Positions 12,906 through 20,678 of a stretch of 21,841 bases of DNA are shown piece by piece. The notes beneath the pieces were generated by a model. It did no database searches, was not told where the DNA came from, and was given only the letters and a program-made list of their open reading frames with translations. Both the position numbers and the translations under genes were made by a program. Source of the DNA: Minisyncoccota bacterium (GTDB lineage Bacteria > Patescibacteriota > Minisyncoccia > Phycocordibacterales > Phycocordibacteraceae). Position 1 is the first letter of the stretch; every line of letters begins with the position of its first letter. The stretch lies in NCBI GenBank assembly GCA_041665205.1, contig JBAYJI010000011.1, forward strand, positions 1 to 21,841. The letters are read 5' to 3'.

Positions 12906-15314
12906 TTACGTGTGCATCGAGCCCCAGTCATCACCCTGCTTCAGCGTCGCAGTGATCGGTACGCCATGAGTCTCTTTGCCTTCGAGCGCAGACTCCATAA
13001 TCTCTTGTATCTTCGCACCGAGCTCACCAACACGCGCATTGCGGATCTCGTAGACGAGTTCGTCATGCACCTGCAGCAGCAGGTACGCATCGGTTGTCGA
13101 TCCTTCTTTCTCCAACATCTGATCGATGCGCACCATCGCGAGCTTGATGATGTCTGCAGAGGTCCCCTGGATTGGCGCGTTGATTGCCATACGCTCGGCC
13201 TGCGCGCGCACATACGGCAAGGACGACTTCATCTCGGGGAACTGGCGGCGACGACCGAAAAGCGTCTCTGTGTAGCCGTTTTTCCTTGCGAAGCCGCGCG
13301 TGCTCTCAAGATACTCTGAGAGCGTCTTGAAGGTACTGAAATATTCTTCGAGATACTGATGCGCCTCGGCAGTCGTCGACCCGAGCTGTGCGCGAAGCGC
13401 GTTCACCCCCATGCCGTAGAGGATGCCGAAGTTGATCACCTTCGCTCTCCGACGCATCTCGAGGTCAACCGCCTCAGGTGCGACGTGGAACACTTGCGCG
13501 GCGACCTCTCGGTGCACGTCGCGACCACTTCGGAATATCTCGCAGAGCTTAGGGTCGCCCGAGAGAATCGCCGCGAGCCGCAGCTCCACTTGCGAATAGT
13601 CGAGCGCGAGGAGCGTGTAGCCCCTTGTCGCGACGAATGCGTGCCGGATCATCTGCCCTCTCTTAGAGTGGAGTGGGATATTCTGGAGATTCGGATCTTG
13701 CGAGGCCATGCGGCCGGTGACCGCACCTGTCTGGATAAATCGCGCATGGAGGCGATTCTCGTCGTCGAGCAGCGGCGGGAGATTCTCAATATAGGTCGAG
13801 AGGAGCTTCTTGAGTTCACGATATTCGAGGATGTCGCTCACGACTGGGTGTTCTCCGCGAATCTTCTCGAGCTCGCTCTCGCGCGTAGAGCGCTGGCCGC
13901 CCGCGGTCTTCTTCTGTTTCTCGGGGATAATCTGCAACTCGTCGAAGAGCACCTCGCCGAGCTGCTTCGGCGAACTGACATTAAACTCGTGCCCGGCGGC
14001 CGTATAGATCTTCTGTTCGATAACCTTCAGTTCGGCGCTGTACTTCTTCGCGAGGTCGCGAAGCACCGCGGGGTCGACGAGGATCCCGCGCTCCTCCATC
14101 TTGGCGATCACCGGGATAAGCGGCTTCTCTATCTCTTCATAGACGGTGCGCACCCGACCAAGCGAGGCGAGTTGCTTCTCGAGCTCCACATACGCCGCAT
14201 CGAACTCCCGCTCTTTTGTGAAGGCGAGGATGTCGTCCTGCGACGGGTTCGTAAATTCAGACGAGATGAGCCAGAGCATCGCACCCGCTTCAGCGAGGCG
14301 TCCCGGCGCGATTTGTGAAGGCTCTGGCGCGGCGCTCTCATGTTCATCATCCGTTGTATGCGGACCCAGAGATTCATCAAATCGCGCCGGGACGCCGAGT
14401 ATTTTGCGTATCCGTTCCTTGAGCGTCCTGAAGCCGAACTCGTCGCACATGGCGAACATCTTCTGTACATCGACATTCTCTCGCCACCCTCGCTCGGGAA
14501 GGGTGAAGGCGATTGGTGCATCGAGCCGGATAGTGGCGAGCGACTTCGAGAAACGCGCCTCCTCTTCGTGCTCCCGCAAGAGGCCAATCATGCGCGCCTT
14601 GATGCCCTTCTTCAAGAAGGCCTCGTCGCCCTTTTTGAGCGCTGCATAGATCTTCTCAATCGAGCCGAAGCCGGTGATAAGCTCAGTCGCCGTCTTCTCG
14701 CCGATGCCCGGGACACCCTTGATATTGTCAGAGGGGTCGCCACGGAGCCCTTTCCAGTCAGGGATAAGAGCGGGGAGGAATCCGAACCGTTCGACGACCG
14801 CCTTCTCGTCATAGAGGATCGTGTCGTTGATACCCTTCTTCAAGGTGTAGACGCACACACGTTTGTCGTCGACGAGCTGGAGCGTGTCCATGTCGCCCGA
14901 AGCGATAATCACATCGACCTCCTTTTCTCCCTTCAATTCGTGCGCAATCGTCCCAAGCAGGTCGTCGGCCTCGAACCCCTCCTTCGAGTACATCGGGATC
15001 GAGAATGCCTCAAACACCTTGTGCGACTCCCCGAGCTGGAGCGCGAGCGCATCGTCTGTCTTTACCCGTGTGCCTTTGTAGTCGGCGTAGGCCTCGTGAC
15101 GAATAGTCGGTTTGGGCAGGTCGTAGCACGCAGCGATATAGTCCGGCTTCAGATCGGCAATAATCTTGAGGAGCATCGTGACGAGACCGTAGAGCGCGCC
15201 CGTAGGGGCACCCGTCGGGCCCGTGAAGTCAGGGAGCGCGTGATAGGCGCGATGAATAATCGCGTGCGTGTCGAGGAGCACGATACGTTTCTTTGCTGAT
15301 GCTCCTTTAGCCAT
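12906..15314 (-). CDS. polA: DNA polymerase I (5'-3' exonuclease plus polymerase, reduced or absent 3'-5' exonuclease domain)
   Basis: N-terminal FEN-like region (LLDTHAIIHRAYHAL, GDPSDNIKGVPGIGEKTA). Pol motifs LDYSQVELRLAAILSGD, RRRAKVINFGILYGMG and LLQVHDELVYE. 802 aa with no recognisable DxE Exo I motif. Confidence 0.93.
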   Translation of the reverse strand: MAKGASAKKRIVLLDTHAIIHRAYHALPDFTGPTGAPTGALYGLVTMLLKIIADLKPDYIAACYDLPKPTIRHEAYADYKGTRVKTDDALALQLGESHKVFEAFSIPMYSKEGFEADDLLGTIAHELKGEKEVDVIIASGDMDTLQLVDDKRVCVYTLKKGINDTILYDEKAVVERFGFLPALIPDWKGLRGDPSDNIKGVPGIGEKTATELITGFGSIEKIYAALKKGDEAFLKKGIKARMIGLLREHEEEARFSKSLATIRLDAPIAFTLPERGWRENVDVQKMFAMCDEFGFRTLKERIRKILGVPARFDESLGPHTTDDEHESAAPEPSQIAPGRLAEAGAMLWLISSEFTNPSQDDILAFTKEREFDAAYVELEKQLASLGRVRTVYEEIEKPLIPVIAKMEERGILVDPAVLRDLAKKYSAELKVIEQKIYTAAGHEFNVSSPKQLGEVLFDELQIIPEKQKKTAGGQRSTRESELEKIRGEHPVVSDILEYRELKKLLSTYIENLPPLLDDENRLHARFIQTGAVTGRMASQDPNLQNIPLHSKRGQMIRHAFVATRGYTLLALDYSQVELRLAAILSGDPKLCEIFRSGRDVHREVAAQVFHVAPEAVDLEMRRRAKVINFGILYGMGVNALRAQLGSTTAEAHQYLEEYFSTFKTLSEYLESTRGFARKNGYTETLFGRRRQFPEMKSSLPYVRAQAERMAINAPIQGTSADIIKLAMVRIDQMLEKEGSTTDAYLLLQVHDELVYEIRNARVGELGAKIQEIMESALEGKETHGVPITATLKQGDDWGSMHT

Positions 15315-15759
15315 AAATGATGGTGCGCGAGCCGTCTGTCTCTGCTACAAAAGCAATCCGCACGCTCGGCTCGGGGAGCGCGTCCGCCACCTTCTCCGGC
15401 CATTCGAGCAAGACCAGATTACCCGCGTCTTGCATCAGCTCGTCGAAGCCGAGTGCGGCGAGCTCGCTCCCGCTTTCGAGCCGGTAGGCGTCGATATGCA
15501 CTAACTTTTTAAACTTGGACATCCGATGTCCAAGTTCGGGTGAAAGGAGATAGACCTTTTCGAGTACGAAGGTAGGGCTCGTGACACGCTCGGCAACGCC
15601 GAGCGCCCACGCGACCGTCTTGGTAAAGGCAGTCTTTCCCGCTCCGAGCTCGCCCGAGAGCGTGACGAGTGTCGCACCGGTGGCGCTCGGCGTGAGGGCA
15701 CTGACGAAGCGCTTGGCCTCTTCTTCAAGCTCGGCGAGGTTGTGGACTACCTTCTCCAT
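15307..15759 (-). CDS. tsaE: tRNA t6A37 biosynthesis protein TsaE
   Basis: LSGELGAGKTAFTK...SPTF...HIDAYRL. Start set at the ATG at 15759, and TACAAT lies 8 nt upstream. The stop overlaps the polA start by 8 nt. Confidence 0.85.
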   Translation of the reverse strand: MEKVVHNLAELEEEAKRFVSALTPSATGATLVTLSGELGAGKTAFTKTVAWALGVAERVTSPTFVLEKVYLLSPELGHRMSKFKKLVHIDAYRLESGSELAALGFDELMQDAGNLVLLEWPEKVADALPEPSVRIAFVAETDGSRTIIYG

Positions 15760-15790
15760 AGGTGGTAATTGTACCGCTGAAAACGAGAAA

Positions 15791-15815
15791 GCGCCTGTCT
15801 CAAGGAGACAGGCGC
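15791..15815 (-). terminator. Rho-independent terminator of the lipoprotein gene
   Basis: GCGCCTGTCTC-aag-GAGACAGGCGC. On the minus strand it is followed by TTTCTCGTTTTC. Confidence 0.8.
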
Positions 15816-15838
15816 GGGTTGGGAGATGTCCCTCACCC

Positions 15839-16198
15839 CTACCTCCTGCACTTGATGCAGAGGTAGAGGCTTTGTGACCCATAATACGGATACGGGTTAA
15901 ACACCGGGACCGTGTGGATAATCGTCAGCGATGACGACGGTTGGGGTGCGACACAGACTGCCTGTCCCCCATTCCACACCAGTTGCGCCGGAGGGGCGCA
16001 TACCACGGCGGCCTGTACCGGCGCCAGGGGCACTGGTTGGGCAATTCCACCGGGCGGCACGGGTGCCGGCGGCGTCGGGGGCGGTGCGGGGATGTAGTAC
16101 GGCGAGTACGTCGGCGGCACCACATAGTGCACCACCGGCATCCCAGTACATCCACTGAGGATGGTGAGAATAAAAAGAGCGGGGACGAGCGTCTTCAT
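15839..16198 (-). CDS. Proline-rich putative lipoprotein (119 aa)
   Basis: Signal peptide with lipobox LSGC (MKTLVPALFILTILSGC). A PAPPPTPPAPVPPGG tract and a C-terminal CIKCRR. AAGGAGG lies 5 nt upstream of the ATG. Confidence 0.7.
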   Translation of the reverse strand: MKTLVPALFILTILSGCTGMPVVHYVVPPTYSPYYIPAPPPTPPAPVPPGGIAQPVPLAPVQAAVVCAPPAQLVWNGGQAVCVAPQPSSSLTIIHTVPVFNPYPYYGSQSLYLCIKCRR

Positions 16199-16272
16199 TG
16201 GTACCTCCTTGGTTGGTTGGGTACCGTCTAAAACCGACGGTCTGGGTATATTATACTACTATATATGCTGAT

Positions 16273-16301
16273 TTGTCAAGTCCTGCCCTTTCGCGTATAT
16301 C
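16273..16301 (+). promoter_or_regulatory. Sigma-70-like promoter TTGTCA-17-TATATC for pilB
   Basis: Hexamers at 16273-16278 and 16296-16301 with a 17-nt spacer. The first ATG at 16311 lies 9 nt after the -10, and there is no SD. Confidence 0.45.
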
Positions 16302-16310
16302 TTGGGTGGT

Positions 16311-17999
16311 ATGATGCAGCGTATGGATCTGCCTTTTAATCCGACTGGCGCAGACGCGAAGCTCGCCCAGGTGCGCGAGCGCGAAGAAGAGGACGTCGCA
16401 CGCATCCTCTCAGAGAAATACGGCATGACCTACGTCGACCTCTCGCTTAAAGAGATCGACAACGAAGCCCTCCGCATTATCCCCGAAGAGGCCGCGCGAC
16501 TCGCCGACGCCGCAGGCTTCGCCAAGGTCGCGAAGACGCTCTCGCTCGCTGTCCACAACCCAAACAACCCTACCCTCGCGAAGCTTGAGCAGGACCTCGC
16601 CGAACGCGGGTTCTCGCTCCAGAAATATCTGGTCTCGAAGAAGAGCCTCGACAAGGTGCTCTCTCGCTATGGCGATCTCTCCTTCGCTACCCAGTCGCGC
16701 GCGGGGATGCTCACCGTCTCTCCTCAAACCCTCGCGAAGCTCGCCGAACAAGGGGCCACGAAGAGCGCTCTCCGCGACGAGATCGATGCCACCGTCGAGC
16801 TGAAGTCGAACGAGCGTGTGTCGCGCATCTTCGAGACGATCCTCGCCGGTGCGTTCGCGCTCCGCGCTTCTGACATCCACTTCGAACCAGGAGAAGAGAA
16901 GACGCTCCTGCGCCTGCGCATCGACGGACTCCTCTCCGACGCGTACACCTTCGACCCGCCGACCTACCATCAGATCAACTCGCGCATCAAGCTGCTCTCG
17001 GGGGTGAAGCTCAACATTATCAACCGCGCACAAGACGGACGCTTCTCGGTGACACGTGACCAAAACACGATCGAGATACGTGCTTCGTTTATCCCCGGCA
17101 AATACGGCGAGTCGATCGTGATGCGTATCCTCGACCCTGAGACGACAAGGGTCTCGTACCGGGAGCTTGGCATCCACCCGAAGCTCCTCGCTCGCCTTGA
17201 GCGAGAGATCCGCCGGCCAAACGGCATGCTGCTCACCACTGGGCCGACCGGGAGCGGTAAGACGACCACACTCTACTCGTTCCTCACCGAGATCCACAGC
17301 CCCGAGATAAAGATCATCACGATCGAAGATCCGATCGAGTACCACCTCGAGGGTATCGTGCAGACGCAAGTCGAGGGAGAGAAATATACCTTTGCCGAAG
17401 GGCTCCGCTCGATCGTGCGCCAAGACCCGGACATCATTATGGTCGGCGAGATCCGCGACGGCGAGACTGCCGACATCGCTATCCAGGCAGCGCTTACCGG
17501 CCACTACGTCTTCTCGACCTTGCACACGAACAATGCCGCGGGCACCTTCCCCCGTCTCGCCGACCTCGGCGCTGACCCGAAGTCATTTGGCTCGGCAGTC
17601 ACCGTCTCGATGGCGCAACGCCTCTTGCGCACCCTTGATCCTGACAAAAAGAAAGAGCGCCCCCTTACGGACGATGAGAAGAGAATGATTGCAAAGGTAT
17701 TTGAACCGCTCACCGACAAGTCGCTCATACCTGAAAAGATTGAGACCGTCTGGGAACCCGCTCCAGAGAGCCCCGACGAGACTGGCTACAAGGGGCGTAT
17801 CGGCCTCTATGAAGCGATCTTTATGGACGACGGGCTCGCACACTTCTTGCGCGACAGCCCGCCTGAAAATGAAATAGCGAAACTCGCGAACACACAGGGT
17901 TACCTCACGATGGCACAAGACGGTATCGTGAAGGCACTCTCCGGCATCACCTCTCTCGCTGAAGTCGCCACTACCGTCGACCTCCCGCGCGGCTCTTGA
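16311..17999 (+). CDS. pilB: Type IV pilus assembly ATPase PilB (GspE family)
   Basis: Walker A GPTGSGKTTT, then IITIEDPIEY, VRQDPDIIMVGEIRD and GHYVFSTLHTN. The N-terminal GspE-N-like domain is present. The track start at 16302 is a TTG abutting the -10, so the ATG at 16311 is preferred. Confidence 0.9.
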   Translation: MMQRMDLPFNPTGADAKLAQVREREEEDVARILSEKYGMTYVDLSLKEIDNEALRIIPEEAARLADAAGFAKVAKTLSLAVHNPNNPTLAKLEQDLAERGFSLQKYLVSKKSLDKVLSRYGDLSFATQSRAGMLTVSPQTLAKLAEQGATKSALRDEIDATVELKSNERVSRIFETILAGAFALRASDIHFEPGEEKTLLRLRIDGLLSDAYTFDPPTYHQINSRIKLLSGVKLNIINRAQDGRFSVTRDQNTIEIRASFIPGKYGESIVMRILDPETTRVSYRELGIHPKLLARLEREIRRPNGMLLTTGPTGSGKTTTLYSFLTEIHSPEIKIITIEDPIEYHLEGIVQTQVEGEKYTFAEGLRSIVRQDPDIIMVGEIRDGETADIAIQAALTGHYVFSTLHTNNAAGTFPRLADLGADPKSFGSAVTVSMAQRLLRTLDPDKKKERPLTDDEKRMIAKVFEPLTDKSLIPEKIETVWEPAPESPDETGYKGRIGLYEAIFMDDGLAHFLRDSPPENEIAKLANTQGYLTMAQDGIVKALSGITSLAEVATTVDLPRGS

Positions 18000-18078
18000 A
18001 AGAAAACCCGACTATTAAATCACCACCTGTAATGGTGAGCTACTAGTAGCACCCCCCGGGTTTCGCACGACAGTGCGA

Positions 18079-18106
18079 TTGACTTGTCTCTATGCGGGTA
18101 TATTGT
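18079..18106 (+). promoter_or_regulatory. Candidate promoter TTGACT-16-TATTGT for the 245-aa orphan gene
   Basis: TTGACT is at 18079-18084. A TATATT/TATTGT overlap at 18099-18106 lies in the loop of the inverted repeat TGCGGG/CCCGCA (18093-18113). A 55-nt leader with AAGGAG follows. Confidence 0.4.
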
Positions 18107-18167
18107 GCCCGCAGACGAACCTTTCGTTGACGATCTGAGACACCCATAACCTCCAAAGGAGATCAGC

Positions 18168-18905
18168 ATGAACGCACAGCGGTCTGCAGTACGCAGCATC
18201 CCCGCGCCGAACGCCCAAGAAATCATTGGGGGCCTGCGGGCGAACCTCACCTCTGCCATCAACGCCCAGGCGCGCGCCCTGCGTCAGCAGCAAAACGCAG
18301 AAAAAGCGTGGCAACAAAAAGTGGCGTACAGCGAGTTCTTGGCGAGCAAACGCTTCAAAGCGAATCTCCGGGCGGCCGTCATCGGCGCCCAAAGGATTAT
18401 CGCCTTCGCGCAGACGCCTGACATCCAGGAACTCATCCGGGTCGAAGGCGAGCTACGCGCGACATACCTGACTAACACGAGCCCCAATTTCATCCCTGGC
18501 AGCGAGGGAGAAATCACCTTCTTCGCCGGCAGTTATATCTCACCAGGAGATGATGGCGGGAGGAACGATTCACACGTGGCCGTCGCCTTGCGGCCCAGCT
18601 CTCTCTGGTTGGTGGCCCGTGACTACCATAGTCATGAGTTGCTTGAGATACCGTTCGCCACTCCGGGCAGGATAGAAACGTACCTCACCACAGGAGATCT
18701 TCCCGAATTCTTCGGTGGGCCGATTATCTCGTCGGAGACACGTCGAGATCGTATGGGTCCGTTGCTGTTACAGGGGTTGGGCTGGAGAAACAACATCCGG
18801 TTCGAGAGCTTTTCTGACGTGTTCGGCAAGGTGATTATCGAATGTGCCGATCTGGAAAAGTTCAGTGCCTACTGTGCGACGGCTCTCAACTACTTTTCCC
18901 GTTGA
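18168..18905 (+). CDS. Hypothetical protein (245 aa), helical N-terminal region plus a C-terminal globular domain
   Basis: AAGGAG 6 nt upstream of the ATG, its own promoter-like element and its own terminator. I do not recognise any motif. Confidence 0.65.
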   Translation: MNAQRSAVRSIPAPNAQEIIGGLRANLTSAINAQARALRQQQNAEKAWQQKVAYSEFLASKRFKANLRAAVIGAQRIIAFAQTPDIQELIRVEGELRATYLTNTSPNFIPGSEGEITFFAGSYISPGDDGGRNDSHVAVALRPSSLWLVARDYHSHELLEIPFATPGRIETYLTTGDLPEFFGGPIISSETRRDRMGPLLLQGLGWRNNIRFESFSDVFGKVIIECADLEKFSAYCATALNYFSR

Positions 18906-18923
18906 CGCCCCAATATCAATCGC

Positions 18924-18952
18924 GAAAGCCCGGCATAAGGAACCGGGCTTTC
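18924..18952 (+). terminator. Rho-independent terminator
   Basis: GAAAGCCCGG-cataaggaa-CCGGGCTTTC followed by TTACTTCT. Confidence 0.65.
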
Positions 18953-19015
18953 TTACTTCTCCGAAGCCGCCGGTGCCGTCGACCTCCCTCGCACATAATC
19001 TACTTCGACTATCCT

Positions 19016-19043
19016 CAAACTTGGTCCTATAGGACCAAGTTTG
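19016..19043. promoter_or_regulatory. Perfect 28-bp palindrome CAAACTTGGTCCTATAGGACCAAGTTTG, a candidate protein-binding or recombination site
   Basis: The sequence equals its reverse complement. A third TTGGTC half-site overlaps its right end (19041-19046). It lies between two convergent terminators. Confidence 0.6.
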
Positions 19044-19054
19044 GTCATAGATAT

Positions 19055-19092
19055 TGTTCGTTATCTCTAACGGTCGTTAGACTTAACGAACA
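19055..19092. repeat. Nested inverted repeats carrying four CGTTA/TAACG half-sites
   Basis: TGTTCGTTA-tct-CTAACG-gt-CGTTAG-act-TAACGAACA. The outer inverted repeat is 9 bp and the inner one 6 bp. Confidence 0.8.
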
Positions 19093-19120
19093 TTGAGATT
19101 ACGCGAGTACAAAAAGAAAT

Positions 19121-19156
19121 CGCCCGACAGAATCATCGGGTGATTCCTGTCGGGCG
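19121..19156 (-). terminator. Rho-independent terminator of the 77-aa gene
   Basis: CGCCCGACAGAATCA-tcggg-TGATTCcTGTCGGGCG (15 bp with a 1-nt bulge). On the minus strand it is followed by ATTTCTTTTTGT. Confidence 0.8.
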
Positions 19157-19158
19157 CG

Positions 19159-19392
19159 TTAGGGTTTGAAATCGCTGAGCATCTTTCCGCTTGCGTCGCA
19201 GAGATATTTCCTCCTGCTGTCGCGTTGAGGGTAGTGATTCTCGAAGTAGTGAGACTCTGGGTCACCCTTAGACCCATCGTCATTCACGACCTTGATGTCC
19301 TCTGCACTACAGTAAGGACAAGTTGTTTTCCCGACAACCAAGTCGGAGCACAGACTTTTTTCATCGACTGAAAGGGGTTGAATCTCTGGCAT
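19159..19392 (-). CDS. Hypothetical small Cys/His-containing protein (77 aa), possible zinc-binding
   Basis: The ATG at 19392 is preceded by GAGGAGGT with 5-nt spacing. The protein has C15, a CPYC at 25-28, H49, H54 and C65. About 51% GC (hand count for 19201-19300). Confidence 0.6.
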   Translation of the reverse strand: MPEIQPLSVDEKSLCSDLVVGKTTCPYCSAEDIKVVNDDGSKGDPESHYFENHYPQRDSRRKYLCDASGKMLSDFKP

Positions 19393-19645
19393 TTTGACCT
19401 CCTCGGTTGGTTGTTGAAAGAACAAATCCCGTCCATATTCCTCAAGGCAAAACCGGCATAAATGCCGGGTGGACGAGACACCTGAGGATTTCTACAGCAA
19501 CACGACCGAAGTCGCGGAACCAAAGAGTCCTTGGGGAAACGCCCGAAGCCGTCAAGCCTTGCCTAGAGGAGTATGGACAGGATAAGGGAACACGTATGCG
19601 GCAGCTTTTGCCACCCTTGTGGCGAATGCTGGGCGCAGGAAACTG

Positions 19646-19666
19646 TGATAGAATGCTAGCATTATA
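19646..19666 (+). promoter_or_regulatory. Extended -10 TGaTAGAAT (plus strand) overlapping TATAAT on the minus strand, within the near-palindrome TAGAATGCTAGCATTATA
   Basis: TAGAAT is at 19649-19654, and ATTATA (minus-strand TATAAT) at 19661-19666. The ruvB ATG at 19675 has no SD. Confidence 0.45.
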
Positions 19667-19674
19667 CGATTTTT

Positions 19675-20676
19675 ATGTCAACCCCCCTCGAAGCCCTGCT
19701 CCCGCTCGCAAGCTCGCTCGATGCGGCACTGCGGCCTGCTCGCTGGGACGACTATGTCGGCCAAAAGCAGGTAAAAGCGAACGTCCGGATCTCGATTGAT
19801 GCGGCAAAAAAGCGCGGGAGCATGCCCGAACATATCCTCTTCTACGGCCCGCCAGGTGTCGGCAAGACGACACTCGCCCACCTTGTCGCGGCGACACTCG
19901 AGTCGCCCTTGAAGAGCACCTCGGGCGTTGCGATCGAACGCGCAGGCGACCTCGCGGCTATCCTCACCAATCTCGAGCCGAACACGGTTCTCTTTATCGA
20001 CGAGATCCATCGCCTCTCGCGCAAGATTGAAGAGCTCCTCTACCCCGCGCTCGAGTCTGGGCACCTCGACATCATCCTCGGGAAGGGTCCCTCGGCGCGC
20101 ACGGTCGAGCTCGCACTCCCTCCCTTTACCCTTGTCGGCGCGACGACGCGCGTGGCGGAGCTCTCTGGCCCCTTACGCTCGCGCTTCGGCGGCGGTACCT
20201 ACCAACTCGACTTCTACAGCGACGACGACCTGCGCGACATTATCCGCCGCTCGGCCCTTCTCCTCGACCTCGACGCCCCCCAAGAGGTTGTCGAACGCAT
20301 CGCCGCGAGAAGTCGTGCGACCCCGCGCGTTGCGAACGCACTCCTGAAGCGCGTGCGCGACTTCTCACAGGTGCACGAGCGCCCGCTCTCGGCAAAGCTC
20401 TGCGACGAGGCGTGTGAGCTCTTCGGTATCGACCTGCACGGACTCACCAAGGACGACCGCCGCTATCTCGAGACGCTCCTGAAGAGCTTCCGCGGCGGGC
20501 CGGCAGGCGTCCAGGCGCTTGCTGCTGCGCTCCACGAAGACGCTGACACCGTCGAGCACGTCTACGAGCCCTACCTGCTCCGCCTCGGCTTTATCGAGCG
20601 CTCCCCCCGCGGGCGTATCCTCACTCAAAGCGGCCGTGCGTATTTGAACGGAGAGAAGCCTGGTGCTATGTTCTAA
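19675..20676 (+). CDS. ruvB: Holliday junction branch migration DNA helicase RuvB
   Basis: LRPARWDDYVGQKQVK, Walker A GPPGVGKTTLA, FIDEIHRL, TLVGATTR, RATPRVANALLKRVRD. Confidence 0.93.
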   Translation: MSTPLEALLPLASSLDAALRPARWDDYVGQKQVKANVRISIDAAKKRGSMPEHILFYGPPGVGKTTLAHLVAATLESPLKSTSGVAIERAGDLAAILTNLEPNTVLFIDEIHRLSRKIEELLYPALESGHLDIILGKGPSARTVELALPPFTLVGATTRVAELSGPLRSRFGGGTYQLDFYSDDDLRDIIRRSALLLDLDAPQEVVERIAARSRATPRVANALLKRVRDFSQVHERPLSAKLCDEACELFGIDLHGLTKDDRRYLETLLKSFRGGPAGVQALAAALHEDADTVEHVYEPYLLRLGFIERSPRGRILTQSGRAYLNGEKPGAMF

Positions 20677-20678
20677 CT

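Noticed and set aside
13359-15299. Two 319-aa ORFs on the plus strand (13359-14318 and 14340-15299), antisense to polA.
   Set aside because: They lie entirely inside a gene with unambiguous Pol I motifs on the other strand. Their translations are Arg/Leu/Glu-rich low-complexity sequence, typical of antisense frames in high-GC DNA. No start signals were found. The equal lengths look coincidental.
15897-16231. A cluster of six overlapping 60-96-aa ORFs on both strands around the lipoprotein gene.
   Set aside because: They are a by-product of the very GC- and Pro-codon-rich sequence. Only the minus-strand frame has a signal peptide with a lipobox, a strong SD and a terminator.
16410-17525. A 371-aa ORF antisense to pilB.
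   Set aside because: It overlaps the Walker A/B core of a clear GspE-family ATPase, has no recognisable motifs, and is a high-GC antisense artefact.
19573-19659. A 28-codon Cys-rich micro-ORF (MDRIREHVCGSFCHPCGECWAQETVIEC).
   Set aside because: The GAGGAG lies only 1 nt from the ATG, which is poor spacing. The ORF overlaps the ruvB promoter, and TGC codons are common by chance in this composition. It is worth a look only if ribosome profiling data exist.
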